The notes below the pieces were generated by a model. It did no database searches. It saw only the letters and a program-made list of their open reading frames with translations, and was not told the origin of the DNA. Positions 1 through 9,485 of a stretch of 64,000 bases of DNA are shown here, one piece after another. Location of the stretch: IMG/VR virus record IMGVR_UViG_3300003323_000328, positions 1 to 64,000 of that record; one strand, 5' to 3'. Each line of letters starts with the position of its first letter. The first letter of the stretch is position 1. Source of the DNA: a virus. The position numbers were made by a program, and so were the translations under genes.

Positions 1-183
1 TTCTTCTTCACCACTACACCAAAGTGGTATCTCCTTAAATTGTATTACAACAGTAATAGTATCATAAACTAATTCAAAAGGATTACCCATTTCTTCTACA
101 AAGTTTGGATTTTTATCATAACATAAATCATTTAAAGAATCCACTGCTATACGTGCTTCTTCAAGTTGTTCTAACAATTTCAT
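1..183 (-). CDS. hypothetical protein, truncated at window edge (MKLLEQLEEARIAVDS...)
   Basis: ATG at 183 overlaps the stop of the upstream gene (ATGA); frame open to position 1; not in the ORF track. Confidence 0.75.
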   Translation of the reverse strand, partial: MKLLEQLEEARIAVDSLNDLCYDKNPNFVEEMGNPFELVYDTITVVIQFKEIPLWCSGEEE

Positions 184-902
184 AAATTAAATGTTTGTTT
201 ATAAAAAGAGTTGTTAACTATAACATCTCTTCTATCAGAATAAATTTTAAAGATCAGCTTTCGTTCTTCTTTAGTTTTTACAGGACAAAATAAAGCAGAT
301 GGTGGACCAGTAATATAACTTATAGCATCATCTGGAATAATTTTTAACTCAGTAAGGATATCACAGAAAGCTTTATTATAAGGAAATATCCTGTTATCTA
401 AATCCCATTTTTGTCCTTTACTATATTCTAAATCTTCAATAGTATCCCAAAGTTCTACTTCAAATCTGATAGGAAACTGATTAATAGCTATTTTAGGTAT
501 AGTCATTATAAAGTGTCTATATTGATCCTTTATAGCATTCATCAAGTTATTTTTACTAAATCTACCTTTTACACCACTATAGATATCCTGACCATTTATA
601 ATTTCAATTCTAGGCTTACCAGCTTTTTTAGTATTAGCTATTACCCTTTCATCAGTTTTAACATCTATAAGAAAATCAATCATTCTTTTAACTTTTCTTC
701 TGATAACAGGAAATGACCTCCAAGCATAGTTTATCCCATCAGGTTCTCTAATACCTTGTAATTTAAAAAGACTTTTATCACACAAAGCATAAGGAAGTTT
801 TTTTCTTCCTTTTTCATAATATTTAACTTGTTGTGCTTTAGAAGCTTCATAAGTCCTAATATAATTAGGAATAGTTATTTCAGCTATTAATAAGTTGTTC
901 AT
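180..902 (-). CDS. RusA-like Holliday junction resolvase
   Basis: C-terminal WDLDN...K...DIL...IIPDD matches the RusA catalytic Asp pattern; lies in the replication module. Confidence 0.65.
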   Translation of the reverse strand: MNNLLIAEITIPNYIRTYEASKAQQVKYYEKGRKKLPYALCDKSLFKLQGIREPDGINYAWRSFPVIRRKVKRMIDFLIDVKTDERVIANTKKAGKPRIEIINGQDIYSGVKGRFSKNNLMNAIKDQYRHFIMTIPKIAINQFPIRFEVELWDTIEDLEYSKGQKWDLDNRIFPYNKAFCDILTELKIIPDDAISYITGPPSALFCPVKTKEERKLIFKIYSDRRDVIVNNSFYKQTFNL

Positions 903-1908
903 AAGTATTATTAATTAAATTAATAGTAGAATCTATTCCTTTATATTTTATATGATCAGAAAAATCTTTAATAGAATTATTGGATTTAATAAATTTACCT
1001 CCTTTAAAGTCTAAGCCAAAAAAGAGTGTTTTTAAACCAAATTTAGTTCTATATTCTTGAGCTACTCTAATACCAGTTCTATCAAAATCCATTAAAACAA
1101 AAATATAATCATACTTTAATGCTAATGTATGATATAATGAAAATGGTATTAATTTATTTTCACTCATAGGAGCTATACCATAACAACCAAGATGTTTACA
1201 ATACTTATTAATACATACTACATCTTTATATGATTTAGTAATAATAAGTATATGTCCACCTGTACTAGGTAATTTATCTAAACCTTGGATTATGTCACCT
1301 CTATTTTGAATAAAACGCCCTGGTTTTTGCTTATAGGGAAAGTACAATTTGTAGTCATATCCTCCAAAATGATACCCATATCCGGGATCGCCCGGCTTAT
1401 AGGCATAGATCAATTCCAGTTGACCATTTCGAACAAACCAAGCATACTCGATAGGATAAATAGAAGCCTCTCTTAAATCTGATTCTGTGAAGCCATACTG
1501 TCGGGTCCAAAAATTATAATCGTCTAAGTTAAAATCACGTCTTTTAATACGAAGTTCAAGCTTATCTTTTTTAGCTTCACGTCTATTAAGAGAAGGATCA
1601 CTTATATGACCATCAGTAAGTCCAAAATCAATAGCTACTCGCTTTAGAGCTTCACTAAAATTTATCTTATACAAATATTCAACTACATTAAAGCAATCCC
1701 AATTAAATCCCCAACTATAGTCTTTAAACTTGATTCGTCCATACTGGTTAATATAAAATACACAACCAGGACTTTTATCTTCTCTAAGTGGATTAGTAAA
1801 TTCAGTATTAAATTGAGGTCTTATACCCAAATACCTTTCAAATATATCTTCTTCAGTAATTCTTTTAAGAATGTATTCACGATTAACTGGTATTTTAAAT
1901 TTGAACAT
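880..1908 (-). CDS. DNA primase (crAss-type, TOPRIM)
   Basis: N-terminal NPLREDKSPGC...FKD region; TOPRIM-like IITKSYKD and DFDRTG; C-terminal KDFSD. Confidence 0.85.
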   Translation of the reverse strand: MFKFKIPVNREYILKRITEEDIFERYLGIRPQFNTEFTNPLREDKSPGCVFYINQYGRIKFKDYSWGFNWDCFNVVEYLYKINFSEALKRVAIDFGLTDGHISDPSLNRREAKKDKLELRIKRRDFNLDDYNFWTRQYGFTESDLREASIYPIEYAWFVRNGQLELIYAYKPGDPGYGYHFGGYDYKLYFPYKQKPGRFIQNRGDIIQGLDKLPSTGGHILIITKSYKDVVCINKYCKHLGCYGIAPMSENKLIPFSLYHTLALKYDYIFVLMDFDRTGIRVAQEYRTKFGLKTLFFGLDFKGGKFIKSNNSIKDFSDHIKYKGIDSTINLINNTYEQLINS

Positions 1909-2229
1909 TTATTTACTAGTATTAGAAAATCTCTTTTTCATTAACTCTCTTCTAGTTTTAGAGTAATTTAAATCAGCAGGAACTTTCTTTAAAATTTTAT
2001 AAACTGTTATAGTTTCACCTGAAGGTAGTCTAACAGGAACTCCATGTTCAAGGTATTCTGTATCAGTCAATAATTGTCTATAGGCATCCACACTAGTAGC
2101 TTTATTAGTTACTCCTCCTACAAACCATATTAAAGCTGTTCTATTTACTGCTAGTCCAACAGAAAACTGACTAAGATATTTAGTTAATTTTCTCCATTGA
2201 TTAGATTCTTCTGTTTCTAAGGTAGACAT
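1909..2229 (-). CDS. hypothetical protein (start reassigned to MSTLETEE)
   Basis: The listed start at 2319 overlaps the upstream gene and a terminator; ATG at 2229 lies just downstream of the terminator. Confidence 0.6.
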   Translation of the reverse strand: MSTLETEESNQWRKLTKYLSQFSVGLAVNRTALIWFVGGVTNKATSVDAYRQLLTDTEYLEHGVPVRLPSGETITVYKILKKVPADLNYSKTRRELMKKRFSNTSK

Positions 2230-2232
2230 AGT

Positions 2233-2256
2233 AAAAGAGGGAGTTTCCTCCCTCTT
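2233..2256 (-). terminator. intrinsic terminator
   Basis: Minus strand AAGAGGGAG-GAAA-CTCCCTCTT followed by TT, just after the stop of 2264..2890. Confidence 0.75.
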
Positions 2257-2263
2257 GGTTAAG

Positions 2264-2890
2264 TTAAAATTCCATATCTGAACTTTCAGTAGCAGCACCA
2301 GTAGTGTTAGTAGTAACACCTTGAGTAGGAGCTGATTCTATATCAGGAGCTATCTTAGGGATTTCAAATACATCATATTGAGGGTTAATAGTAAATTGCT
2401 TAGGATGATTTGCAGTACTAATAAATGGAGCTACTTGTGGAAGAGCACTATAATATTTCTTATCTTTCTTATTAAGTTTATAAATAACTTTAAGAGCACA
2501 AGTCATATCTGCACCAGCTTTAATCTTTGTAGCTAAAAGTTTACCTACTTGATCAGTTATTTTAATCCAGTTATCAGCAACTTTACTAAGATTATTTGGT
2601 TCTTCAACTTTCACTGAAAGAAATTCTTGTTCAGAAACAAAAGCTCTACAAATATGAGCAATACGATTAACATTAAGAGCAACACTCTTTTTAAAGTCTT
2701 CGTCTGTCATCTGTGACAGTTTATTGGGAACAAAAGATCTATCAGTTAAAGTAGCTCCAGTACCATCTACAAAAATAAAAGAAAAAGATTTATCATCTTT
2801 ATTTCTCTCTATCTTTGTAAGTTTACAATTTTCTTTACGAAGCTCAGGAGCCATTACATTGATTTCACGAATATCTTCAAAATTAAACAT
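2264..2890 (-). CDS. putative single-stranded DNA-binding protein
   Basis: Acidic C-terminal tail ending SSDMEF; position between AAA ATPase and primase. Confidence 0.5.
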   Translation of the reverse strand: MFNFEDIREINVMAPELRKENCKLTKIERNKDDKSFSFIFVDGTGATLTDRSFVPNKLSQMTDEDFKKSVALNVNRIAHICRAFVSEQEFLSVKVEEPNNLSKVADNWIKITDQVGKLLATKIKAGADMTCALKVIYKLNKKDKKYYSALPQVAPFISTANHPKQFTINPQYDVFEIPKIAPDIESAPTQGVTTNTTGAATESSDMEF

Positions 2891-2923
2891 AGTTATATTA
2901 TTGTTTTTAGTTAAAATAAAATG

Positions 2924-2946
2924 AAAAAGAGGGATTGCTCCCTCTT
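2924..2946 (-). terminator. intrinsic terminator
   Basis: Minus strand AAGAGGGA-GCAA-TCCCTCTT followed by TTT. Confidence 0.75.
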
Positions 2947-2971
2947 AGTTTGGTTCAAAATAATTGGAAAA

Positions 2972-3559
2972 TTACCAAGATTCTTCAGAAGCAGGTTGTG
3001 CTGGAACTTCAGCTTGTGATGTAGGAGCTGTTGCAGTAGCAGGTACTTCACCTTCAGCTTTAATCTCAGCCTTAGCGTCTGGTGCTTCTTTCTTTTTACC
3101 TACAACAAGTTGAAAAGCCACTTTTACTGCAATACCATCAAGAGTTACATTTTCACCTACTTTAGTAAGATCAATAAATTGATTTTTCTTAAGAGCACTA
3201 GAATCAATAATACCAGCAGCATTAAGAGCAGCTTCTAGAGCTTCACTTTTAAAGGTTTTACCTTTATCACGATCTTTTCTTTTCTTCAGATATTTAGCAT
3301 CTTTTTCATCAACTAAACCAAGAAGAATAACTTTGTTATTAGTAGGATGAACAAAGTGAGTAAGACCGTTAGTTTCAAGATTAAGTGATTCAAAAAGTTT
3401 AGTAGCTACATAGAAAAGTCCTTTGATTTCACCTTTCTTGTTTTGCATCTTGCGATACTTCAAGTTATCATACTCTTGAAACTTGGTTGGAAGAGATGAT
3501 TCTTTTCTTTTGTTTACTGTTACAGGAGCCTTAAACTCTTCAAAATTAAAAGTGTTCAT
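2972..3559 (-). CDS. hypothetical basic protein with Ala/Pro/Glu tail, possibly nucleic-acid binding
   Basis: 195 aa ORF, low-complexity acidic tail ending ASEESW, followed by a terminator. Confidence 0.6.
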   Translation of the reverse strand: MNTFNFEEFKAPVTVNKRKESSLPTKFQEYDNLKYRKMQNKKGEIKGLFYVATKLFESLNLETNGLTHFVHPTNNKVILLGLVDEKDAKYLKKRKDRDKGKTFKSEALEAALNAAGIIDSSALKKNQFIDLTKVGENVTLDGIAVKVAFQLVVGKKKEAPDAKAEIKAEGEVPATATAPTSQAEVPAQPASEESW

Positions 3560-3612
3560 AATAATTAATTGTTTTGTTTAAAATTTGAATGATTAAAATT
3601 AGTATTATTTTT

Positions 3613-4485
3613 CTACTTAGGCAAATTTTTATAAACATTTTGCCAATATGTTTTAATTGTTCCGTCCTCTTGCTTCTCGGACAAAAGGATATCTTTCCCC
3701 TCAAGATGGGAAATACGAGTGCCACAAAGTATCTCGTCAGAAGGTACAAAAGATAAGAAAGTTTTGTTTCCTTCTCTATGTAAAAATCCAATTGCATCTG
3801 CAACCAAAGCTGTGGCTATAACTTTGTTCTTTCCTATTAAATCTACATCATTTACTTCTACTTCAGTACCGGCTTTATCTTTTTTGCCAGCCATATAAGT
3901 AACTTTCAAATGACCAGAAAGAATAGTATAAGGAAACAAAGAAGTTATATAACCTAACCATTTTTCAAATGTATCTCTAACCCACATATAACCAGCACCA
4001 TTAGGTAAAGATAATATGGAATCCCATAAATTTTTAGGTTTAAGTTGTCCTTCTTTATTAACTCCACCACTTATTTCCTCATCTTTCTTCGACCATCTAT
4101 TAAAACCTTTCCCTACAACACTTTTCATATACACATCTCTAGCTTCTTCTACAATCCAACCTTCAAAAGTTGTAAGAGTATCAGCTATACCATAAGTATA
4201 CGGATTGTATTCTCGTAAAGCTTTAATAACTTCTGTCAGATAATAAATTTCTTTATCATGTCTAGTATTAAGTTCTTCATGAGTTTCACTAGCTGGAGGA
4301 CGTAAACCTATAATTTTAAGTCGTCTTGCAGCTACGTAACTTCCACCACTTTCGAAATCTAATATAATACTATGATCGAGATGGGAAAAAACAGTAGTTT
4401 TACCTGTCTTTGGTCTAGAATATATAAGAAGAACCTTTGGGTCTTCATATTCAGGTGGTTTTTTCTCTAAAGGTAATTTAACCAT
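3613..4485 (-). CDS. AAA-type ATPase (AAA_24/Sak4-like)
   Basis: Walker A variant YSRPKTGKTT, LDFESG, Walker B GIADT, LPNGAGY motif. Confidence 0.8.
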   Translation of the reverse strand: MVKLPLEKKPPEYEDPKVLLIYSRPKTGKTTVFSHLDHSIILDFESGGSYVAARRLKIIGLRPPASETHEELNTRHDKEIYYLTEVIKALREYNPYTYGIADTLTTFEGWIVEEARDVYMKSVVGKGFNRWSKKDEEISGGVNKEGQLKPKNLWDSILSLPNGAGYMWVRDTFEKWLGYITSLFPYTILSGHLKVTYMAGKKDKAGTEVEVNDVDLIGKNKVIATALVADAIGFLHREGNKTFLSFVPSDEILCGTRISHLEGKDILLSEKQEDGTIKTYWQNVYKNLPK

Positions 4486-4494
4486 ATTTAATTA

Positions 4495-5520
4495 TTATAA
4501 TCCAAAATTAAAATCCTCACTAGGTAAGAGAAGAGAAGATTGATTAGCTTCAGGATAGTCCCATATTTTATTAAGTGCAAGATTATGTTTAAGTTTAATT
4601 ACACCAGTCCAACCTTCTCTTTGTTTTAGAACTACTTCTAAAAGAAGATCATCTGATTTATTAGGATCATTATAATCTACACCAGTAGGAATGCCTTCCC
4701 ACTCTTCAAGACCATACATTCCTGGACGATGTAATGCATAAACAATATCAGCACATTGAAAAACGCTATCTGAACCAAATATATCACTAGAAACTGGCAA
4801 GTATTGACCTAATTTATCTCTACCAGCATTAGTTTCTATATTTCTATTCATTTGTGATAGCCAAAACATCCACATATCAAAATTATTTTTTAAATGGATG
4901 CCTTTAAACATATAGCTACTTATTAATTCTTCTTCTTTTTTCTCATCATCTTTAAGTCCAAGACGAGTATGATCAAAAAGATTAACTATACGTTTTTTAG
5001 GAAACTTACCTTGAATTTGCTTCTTATTTTCTTCCCATTGTTTAGGAGTAAGAGGTTTATTAGTTATATAAATAGGAAGATGACTGAATTTGGTAGCTAC
5101 AAGTTTAAGATTATTAAATCTTTCTTCTTGGAGTCTTTTATGATAATCAAGAAGAGCTTTAGCCTCAATTTCTCCTTCTCTACTTATAAGACGAAGAACA
5201 TTTCTCCATCCTGTCATTTCATAACTATCATAAAGAATCATTAAGTCATCTGCATAACCTGGATTTAACTCCTTATCACAAAAATCTAATATATCTATTA
5301 AAGCTTTTGCTGATTTACCAGTTCCAGTTCTACCAGCTATAACTACTTGATCTCCAGGATAATAACCTCCTATCATATCCTGTTCTTTTTTAAGTTTAGT
5401 GAGAAGTGGTTTTAAATCACCGTTTCTAACTTTATCCATCATTCCGATGGCTTTATTAACTTCTACAGAGATATGTTTATATCCAAATTGATCAATGGAT
5501 TCGTATTTTTGGTTTTGCAT
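4495..5520 (-). CDS. DnaB-like replicative helicase
   Basis: AGRTGTGKS, LSQMNR, SDIFGSDSVFQCAD, KQREG arginine-finger motif. Confidence 0.85.
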   Translation of the reverse strand: MQNQKYESIDQFGYKHISVEVNKAIGMMDKVRNGDLKPLLTKLKKEQDMIGGYYPGDQVVIAGRTGTGKSAKALIDILDFCDKELNPGYADDLMILYDSYEMTGWRNVLRLISREGEIEAKALLDYHKRLQEERFNNLKLVATKFSHLPIYITNKPLTPKQWEENKKQIQGKFPKKRIVNLFDHTRLGLKDDEKKEEELISSYMFKGIHLKNNFDMWMFWLSQMNRNIETNAGRDKLGQYLPVSSDIFGSDSVFQCADIVYALHRPGMYGLEEWEGIPTGVDYNDPNKSDDLLLEVVLKQREGWTGVIKLKHNLALNKIWDYPEANQSSLLLPSEDFNFGL

Positions 5521-6070
5521 TAGATTTACCTTCCCAAAGTCTACTACTTAAATAATTGGATAATTTAACAGGGGCATATTTACTATACTTTTTATTATCT
5601 AATACATCTTGCATAATTGTAGTATGAAGACTAATATCTACTTTCAACATTTTAGTATATTGTTCTTCAAAAGCTTCATAATCACTTTTACCATAAGGCA
5701 TTTCCTGACCATTTATAAGCATATAAGTAGGATAAGTATCCCACAACTCTTTAACTGCTTCTTTAAATTTATCCAAAAATCCTTTAGTAAACTTCTCTGT
5801 TACAGAGTAATTATCAAGATGATGTTTATCATGCTTAACTTTCCAAGTATACTTAATATAACCCCTTTCTACTAAATCATTTAACTCATTTACTTCTCTA
5901 TTATTTGTTTTAACTATTGTACCTCCTGTTAAAAATCCTACTTCACTTATATATTTAATTATTTTAGCACCATTTCTTTCATGTATGAGTAGGCACATAC
6001 AGAATTGGTTAAAAGTAAGTTCATGCTTACACAAAAAATTAAGTGTTTCATTATCAATACTAGTTATCAT
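5492..6070 (-). CDS. putative replication initiator / replisome organiser
   Basis: Immediately upstream of the helicase; wHTH-like ELNDLVERGYI and LWDTYP motif. Confidence 0.45.
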   Translation of the reverse strand: MITSIDNETLNFLCKHELTFNQFCMCLLIHERNGAKIIKYISEVGFLTGGTIVKTNNREVNELNDLVERGYIKYTWKVKHDKHHLDNYSVTEKFTKGFLDKFKEAVKELWDTYPTYMLINGQEMPYGKSDYEAFEEQYTKMLKVDISLHTTIMQDVLDNKKYSKYAPVKLSNYLSSRLWEGKSNAKPKIRIH

Positions 6071-6306
6071 ATTCCTTCTACAAATTGATCTGGATAAATT
6101 AATAATTCTTCATCTTCTTTTATTTTATTAGTGAGTTTATTAAAATCTTCAAGTCCTTGTTCTATTTCATCTAAACTGTATTCTTTATTAAATACAGAAC
6201 TAAGTTTAGTTTGTATCTGAAGAACAGTCCAATCTTTATCCTCACTCGCTAGAATCGCTGACAGCTCCAACTGTAGTTGGAGGAAGTTGAGTTTTTGGAG
6301 GTGCAT
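6067..6306 (-). CDS. hypothetical protein
   Basis: 79 aa ORF fitting the operon packing. Confidence 0.6.
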   Translation of the reverse strand: MHLQKLNFLQLQLELSAILASEDKDWTVLQIQTKLSSVFNKEYSLDEIEQGLEDFNKLTNKIKEDEELLIYPDQFVEGI

Positions 6307-7765
6307 ATAAACTAATTGATTGATTTAAAACTATTTCTTCTACGGAGTTCACCCAATAAATAGTACTTGTTAATTCACTTTGCTTAGAACGTAACCATCT
6401 TTCTTCTTGACTTTCTGCAACATAAAGATTAACTATTAATGTGACTTTATCTGGATTTAAAGAATCAATACGTTTGCCACGTCCGCCTCTTTGAGTATCT
6501 TGTCTAATAGTAGAACTGTAAGCTGTTTGAAGAATAAATTGAGTTGCTATAATATCAACACCTTCATCAATAGCTCTTACAGTAGATAGTTGTTTAATAT
6601 GGCTAGTACGGTCTTCAAATAAAGCTATAGCATCCCTTTTCCTAGAAGCAAGTCCTAAGATTTTATAGCCGTTTTTACGTAGTTCTTTAAGTTGCTCTTT
6701 TGGAGGTTTTTCAATGACAGATGATCCTTTGATTGCTAAAGTTACTAATTTTGTATGATAAGCTAAACAAGTTTTTGGAAATAAAGCTGCTATTTTATCT
6801 GCAAAGTCACTACTTTCTGAAAATATAATAGTCTTTAAGTTACTAAATTTTTTCACAAGTTGTTCTACATAATAAAGTTTAGAAGGTGTATTATATAAGA
6901 GAGTTTTTCTTTTTCTCATATAGTTCATACACATTGCAGCATTCTTAGCAATATTACTAGGTGAATAAGGATGTTCTTTTTTACCATCCCAATTCATTTT
7001 TTTAGCATACCATTCTCTCCATTCTTTTCCTGATTTAGTTCCTAAAGCAGTACCAGATTTAAGACGTACAAAAACTTTAACAGTATCTCCTACATTACAA
7101 GCTTTAACAAGATCAAATTCATGACCAAACTTGGCAAAGTAAAATTTAAATGTATCACTAATTTCATTCATATACTCTCTATCTGTATCCGCAATAGGTA
7201 CAGCTAAATTATATATAATAGAATTAGTAATATATCCATCTTGTTCAGCCTCATCAACAGATACTGTATCTACAACTTTCCATCCTAATTCCAGTAAATA
7301 TGATTTTTGTTCAGTACTAAGTGAACCAGATAATCCAATACCCCACTTATATTTAGTAATATTAATAGTAGTAGAGAAGAATTGAGAATCTCTATTGGCA
7401 ATTCTATGAATTTCATCAATAACTAATAGATCACAAACCCAATTTTCATATCTTGTATAAGTATTTACTATAAATACTTTTACATTTAAAAGATTATGAA
7501 TAGCTATATGACCTGTTTTAGGATCTATCCAATCATCATAGAGTTTACTGTTTGGTACAACTACTATAGTGTCTCTATCAGGATGTCTAGTATTCATATC
7601 TTTAATAATAAGAATACTAACATAAGTTTTACCAAAACCAGTAGCAGCTTCTAATATACTTCCTCTTACTTCTTTGCCATTAACTATAATTGGAGTTTTA
7701 AAACCAGAAAGTATGTGATTAACACATACTTTCTGTCTTGCTAATTTTTGTTCATTAATTTTCAA
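6242..7765 (-). CDS. superfamily 2 helicase
   Basis: AATGFGKT (motif I), DEIH (motif II), DEGVDI, QRGGRG (motif VI). Confidence 0.9.
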   Translation of the reverse strand: MKINEQKLARQKVCVNHILSGFKTPIIVNGKEVRGSILEAATGFGKTYVSILIIKDMNTRHPDRDTIVVVPNSKLYDDWIDPKTGHIAIHNLLNVKVFIVNTYTRYENWVCDLLVIDEIHRIANRDSQFFSTTINITKYKWGIGLSGSLSTEQKSYLLELGWKVVDTVSVDEAEQDGYITNSIIYNLAVPIADTDREYMNEISDTFKFYFAKFGHEFDLVKACNVGDTVKVFVRLKSGTALGTKSGKEWREWYAKKMNWDGKKEHPYSPSNIAKNAAMCMNYMRKRKTLLYNTPSKLYYVEQLVKKFSNLKTIIFSESSDFADKIAALFPKTCLAYHTKLVTLAIKGSSVIEKPPKEQLKELRKNGYKILGLASRKRDAIALFEDRTSHIKQLSTVRAIDEGVDIIATQFILQTAYSSTIRQDTQRGGRGKRIDSLNPDKVTLIVNLYVAESQEERWLRSKQSELTSTIYWVNSVEEIVLNQSISLYAPPKTQLPPTTVGAVSDSSE

Positions 7766-8226
7766 GGAAATTCTACAACTGTTAAACTAACATTACTTTG
7801 TGTTTCCCAATGCTTAAGAATAGTCTCTACTACTTGTCTATCACCTCCTCCTATACCACAACCAATCCACGGAACTCCAATACTTTTTTTATCTAAAATA
7901 TAGGCATTTTTAAGAGCATCTAAGCCTTTTATTAATGCACTATATTCAAAATTTCGTCCAGGAAGAAATTGTGTATAAAGATTAATAATCTGGAAATAAA
8001 CAGGAGTTGAAGCAATATTAGCTGCATGAGCAAAAGAAAAAGTTCCTAACTTAAAAGGTGATCCATAAAGAGTGCAATTATCAGAAACTACTGCTTGGGG
8101 AAACTCTTTAGCTATTTGAGCAGCTATTCCAGAACCCATTTTGTGAAAACAATTAGCTCCATGAATAATAAGATCAAAATTTCCTTCTTTAGCAAGAGTT
8201 AATAAATTACCTTTTACTACCTTCAT
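7762..8226 (-). CDS. macro domain protein (ADP-ribose binding/processing)
   Basis: KGNLL...IIHGANCFHKMGSGIA and PWIGCGIGGG macro-domain motifs. Confidence 0.9.
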   Translation of the reverse strand: MKVVKGNLLTLAKEGNFDLIIHGANCFHKMGSGIAAQIAKEFPQAVVSDNCTLYGSPFKLGTFSFAHAANIASTPVYFQIINLYTQFLPGRNFEYSALIKGLDALKNAYILDKKSIGVPWIGCGIGGGDRQVVETILKHWETQSNVSLTVVEFP

Positions 8227-9485
8227 TTTAATCTGGATTGAATGATTTTATTTATGTCTTCAAGAGATAAATCTTGAGCTATATTATCACCATTATATTG
8301 AAGCTTAGATTTAAGTTTATTTAGTGTTTCTTTAAGTTCCACTTTTTTCTTAGTACTTTTAGCTAATTTTTGCAAATCAATAGCTTTCTTAACACCATTT
8401 TGTTTAAGCATTGCATCTAATTCCGAAGCTTCAAATTCATGATATAAATCATCAAAACTAGTATAATCATTCAGTTGATGATTCATAACTTCTTCTGCGG
8501 TAGTTAAACTACAGAAGTAAAATTCGCAACTTCTCATTTTTCTAGTATCTGAATTAGGAACAGATACCACGTGCATTGGATTAATTAAACAAATAATAGC
8601 TTGATTACCAAAAGTTTGATCAAAGTTCTTAGTTGGTCTATCATATCCAGTTCCATAACTATCAGGAGTTTCCTCTTTGGTAGTAACTTTTCTGTAACCA
8701 TCGCCTAGTTCTATACCGATAAATCTAGGAGTGCCAGTATGAAGACCTCTACTACAATCACGTGCTCCATCCTCATCACATTCACTGCGAGGTATTCTAC
8801 AAACACTTCCAGGAATATATTTCATTGTTTTAGTATGAGCATCTGTAAATACATTAGGAGTATTTGTAGTTTTAACCATTCGATAAGTTACAAAATAACC
8901 ACTTTTTGTTATTAGTAGTTTTTGTTTACTTAAATAATCAAATAGTTTAGTTCTAGCTATTGGATTAGGATTTAAAAGAGCTAGTTTCCAGAAATTAACT
9001 AAAGGAGTTATATCAATATTATTTACTTTATAATAAGCTATTTCATTAACTAATAGTTTAGGAATAGATACAGAAGTAAAAGGATCTAAAAATAAATTAC
9101 CATCAATAACTTTAAACTTGCTGTCTTTTTTAATAATATTAAGAAGTTCTGGATCAGGTTTATCAGTTTCAAGACCTTTAGCAGTTTCAGTTATTTCTTT
9201 AGTTTTTTCCTTAAGCTCCCTTTTAACTTTCTTTACATCATGTCTACTTTTTGTTTTTTCTGCTGCAACTTTAGCTAATTTAGCTTCTACTTTAGGAGTA
9301 ACTAGTTTAATAACTTTATCTAGTCTTTGCTGATTAGGAGCTTTATTATAAACTTCTACAGCTTTTTTAACATTTTCTCTTACTTCTTTATCAGCCGAAG
9401 TAAAATTATACTTTGTTCCTTCAACATTTAATACTAAACTTCTACCTACTTGAAGAAGTTTAATTGGTGATAGCTTTTTTGTCAT
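8223..9485 (-). CDS. rIIB: rIIB-like protein
   Basis: PLVNFW, CDEDGARDCSRGLH, INPMHVVSVP, KMRSCEF; directly downstream of rIIA. Confidence 0.85.
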   Translation of the reverse strand: MTKKLSPIKLLQVGRSLVLNVEGTKYNFTSADKEVRENVKKAVEVYNKAPNQQRLDKVIKLVTPKVEAKLAKVAAEKTKSRHDVKKVKRELKEKTKEITETAKGLETDKPDPELLNIIKKDSKFKVIDGNLFLDPFTSVSIPKLLVNEIAYYKVNNIDITPLVNFWKLALLNPNPIARTKLFDYLSKQKLLITKSGYFVTYRMVKTTNTPNVFTDAHTKTMKYIPGSVCRIPRSECDEDGARDCSRGLHTGTPRFIGIELGDGYRKVTTKEETPDSYGTGYDRPTKNFDQTFGNQAIICLINPMHVVSVPNSDTRKMRSCEFYFCSLTTAEEVMNHQLNDYTSFDDLYHEFEASELDAMLKQNGVKKAIDLQKLAKSTKKKVELKETLNKLKSKLQYNGDNIAQDLSLEDINKIIQSRLK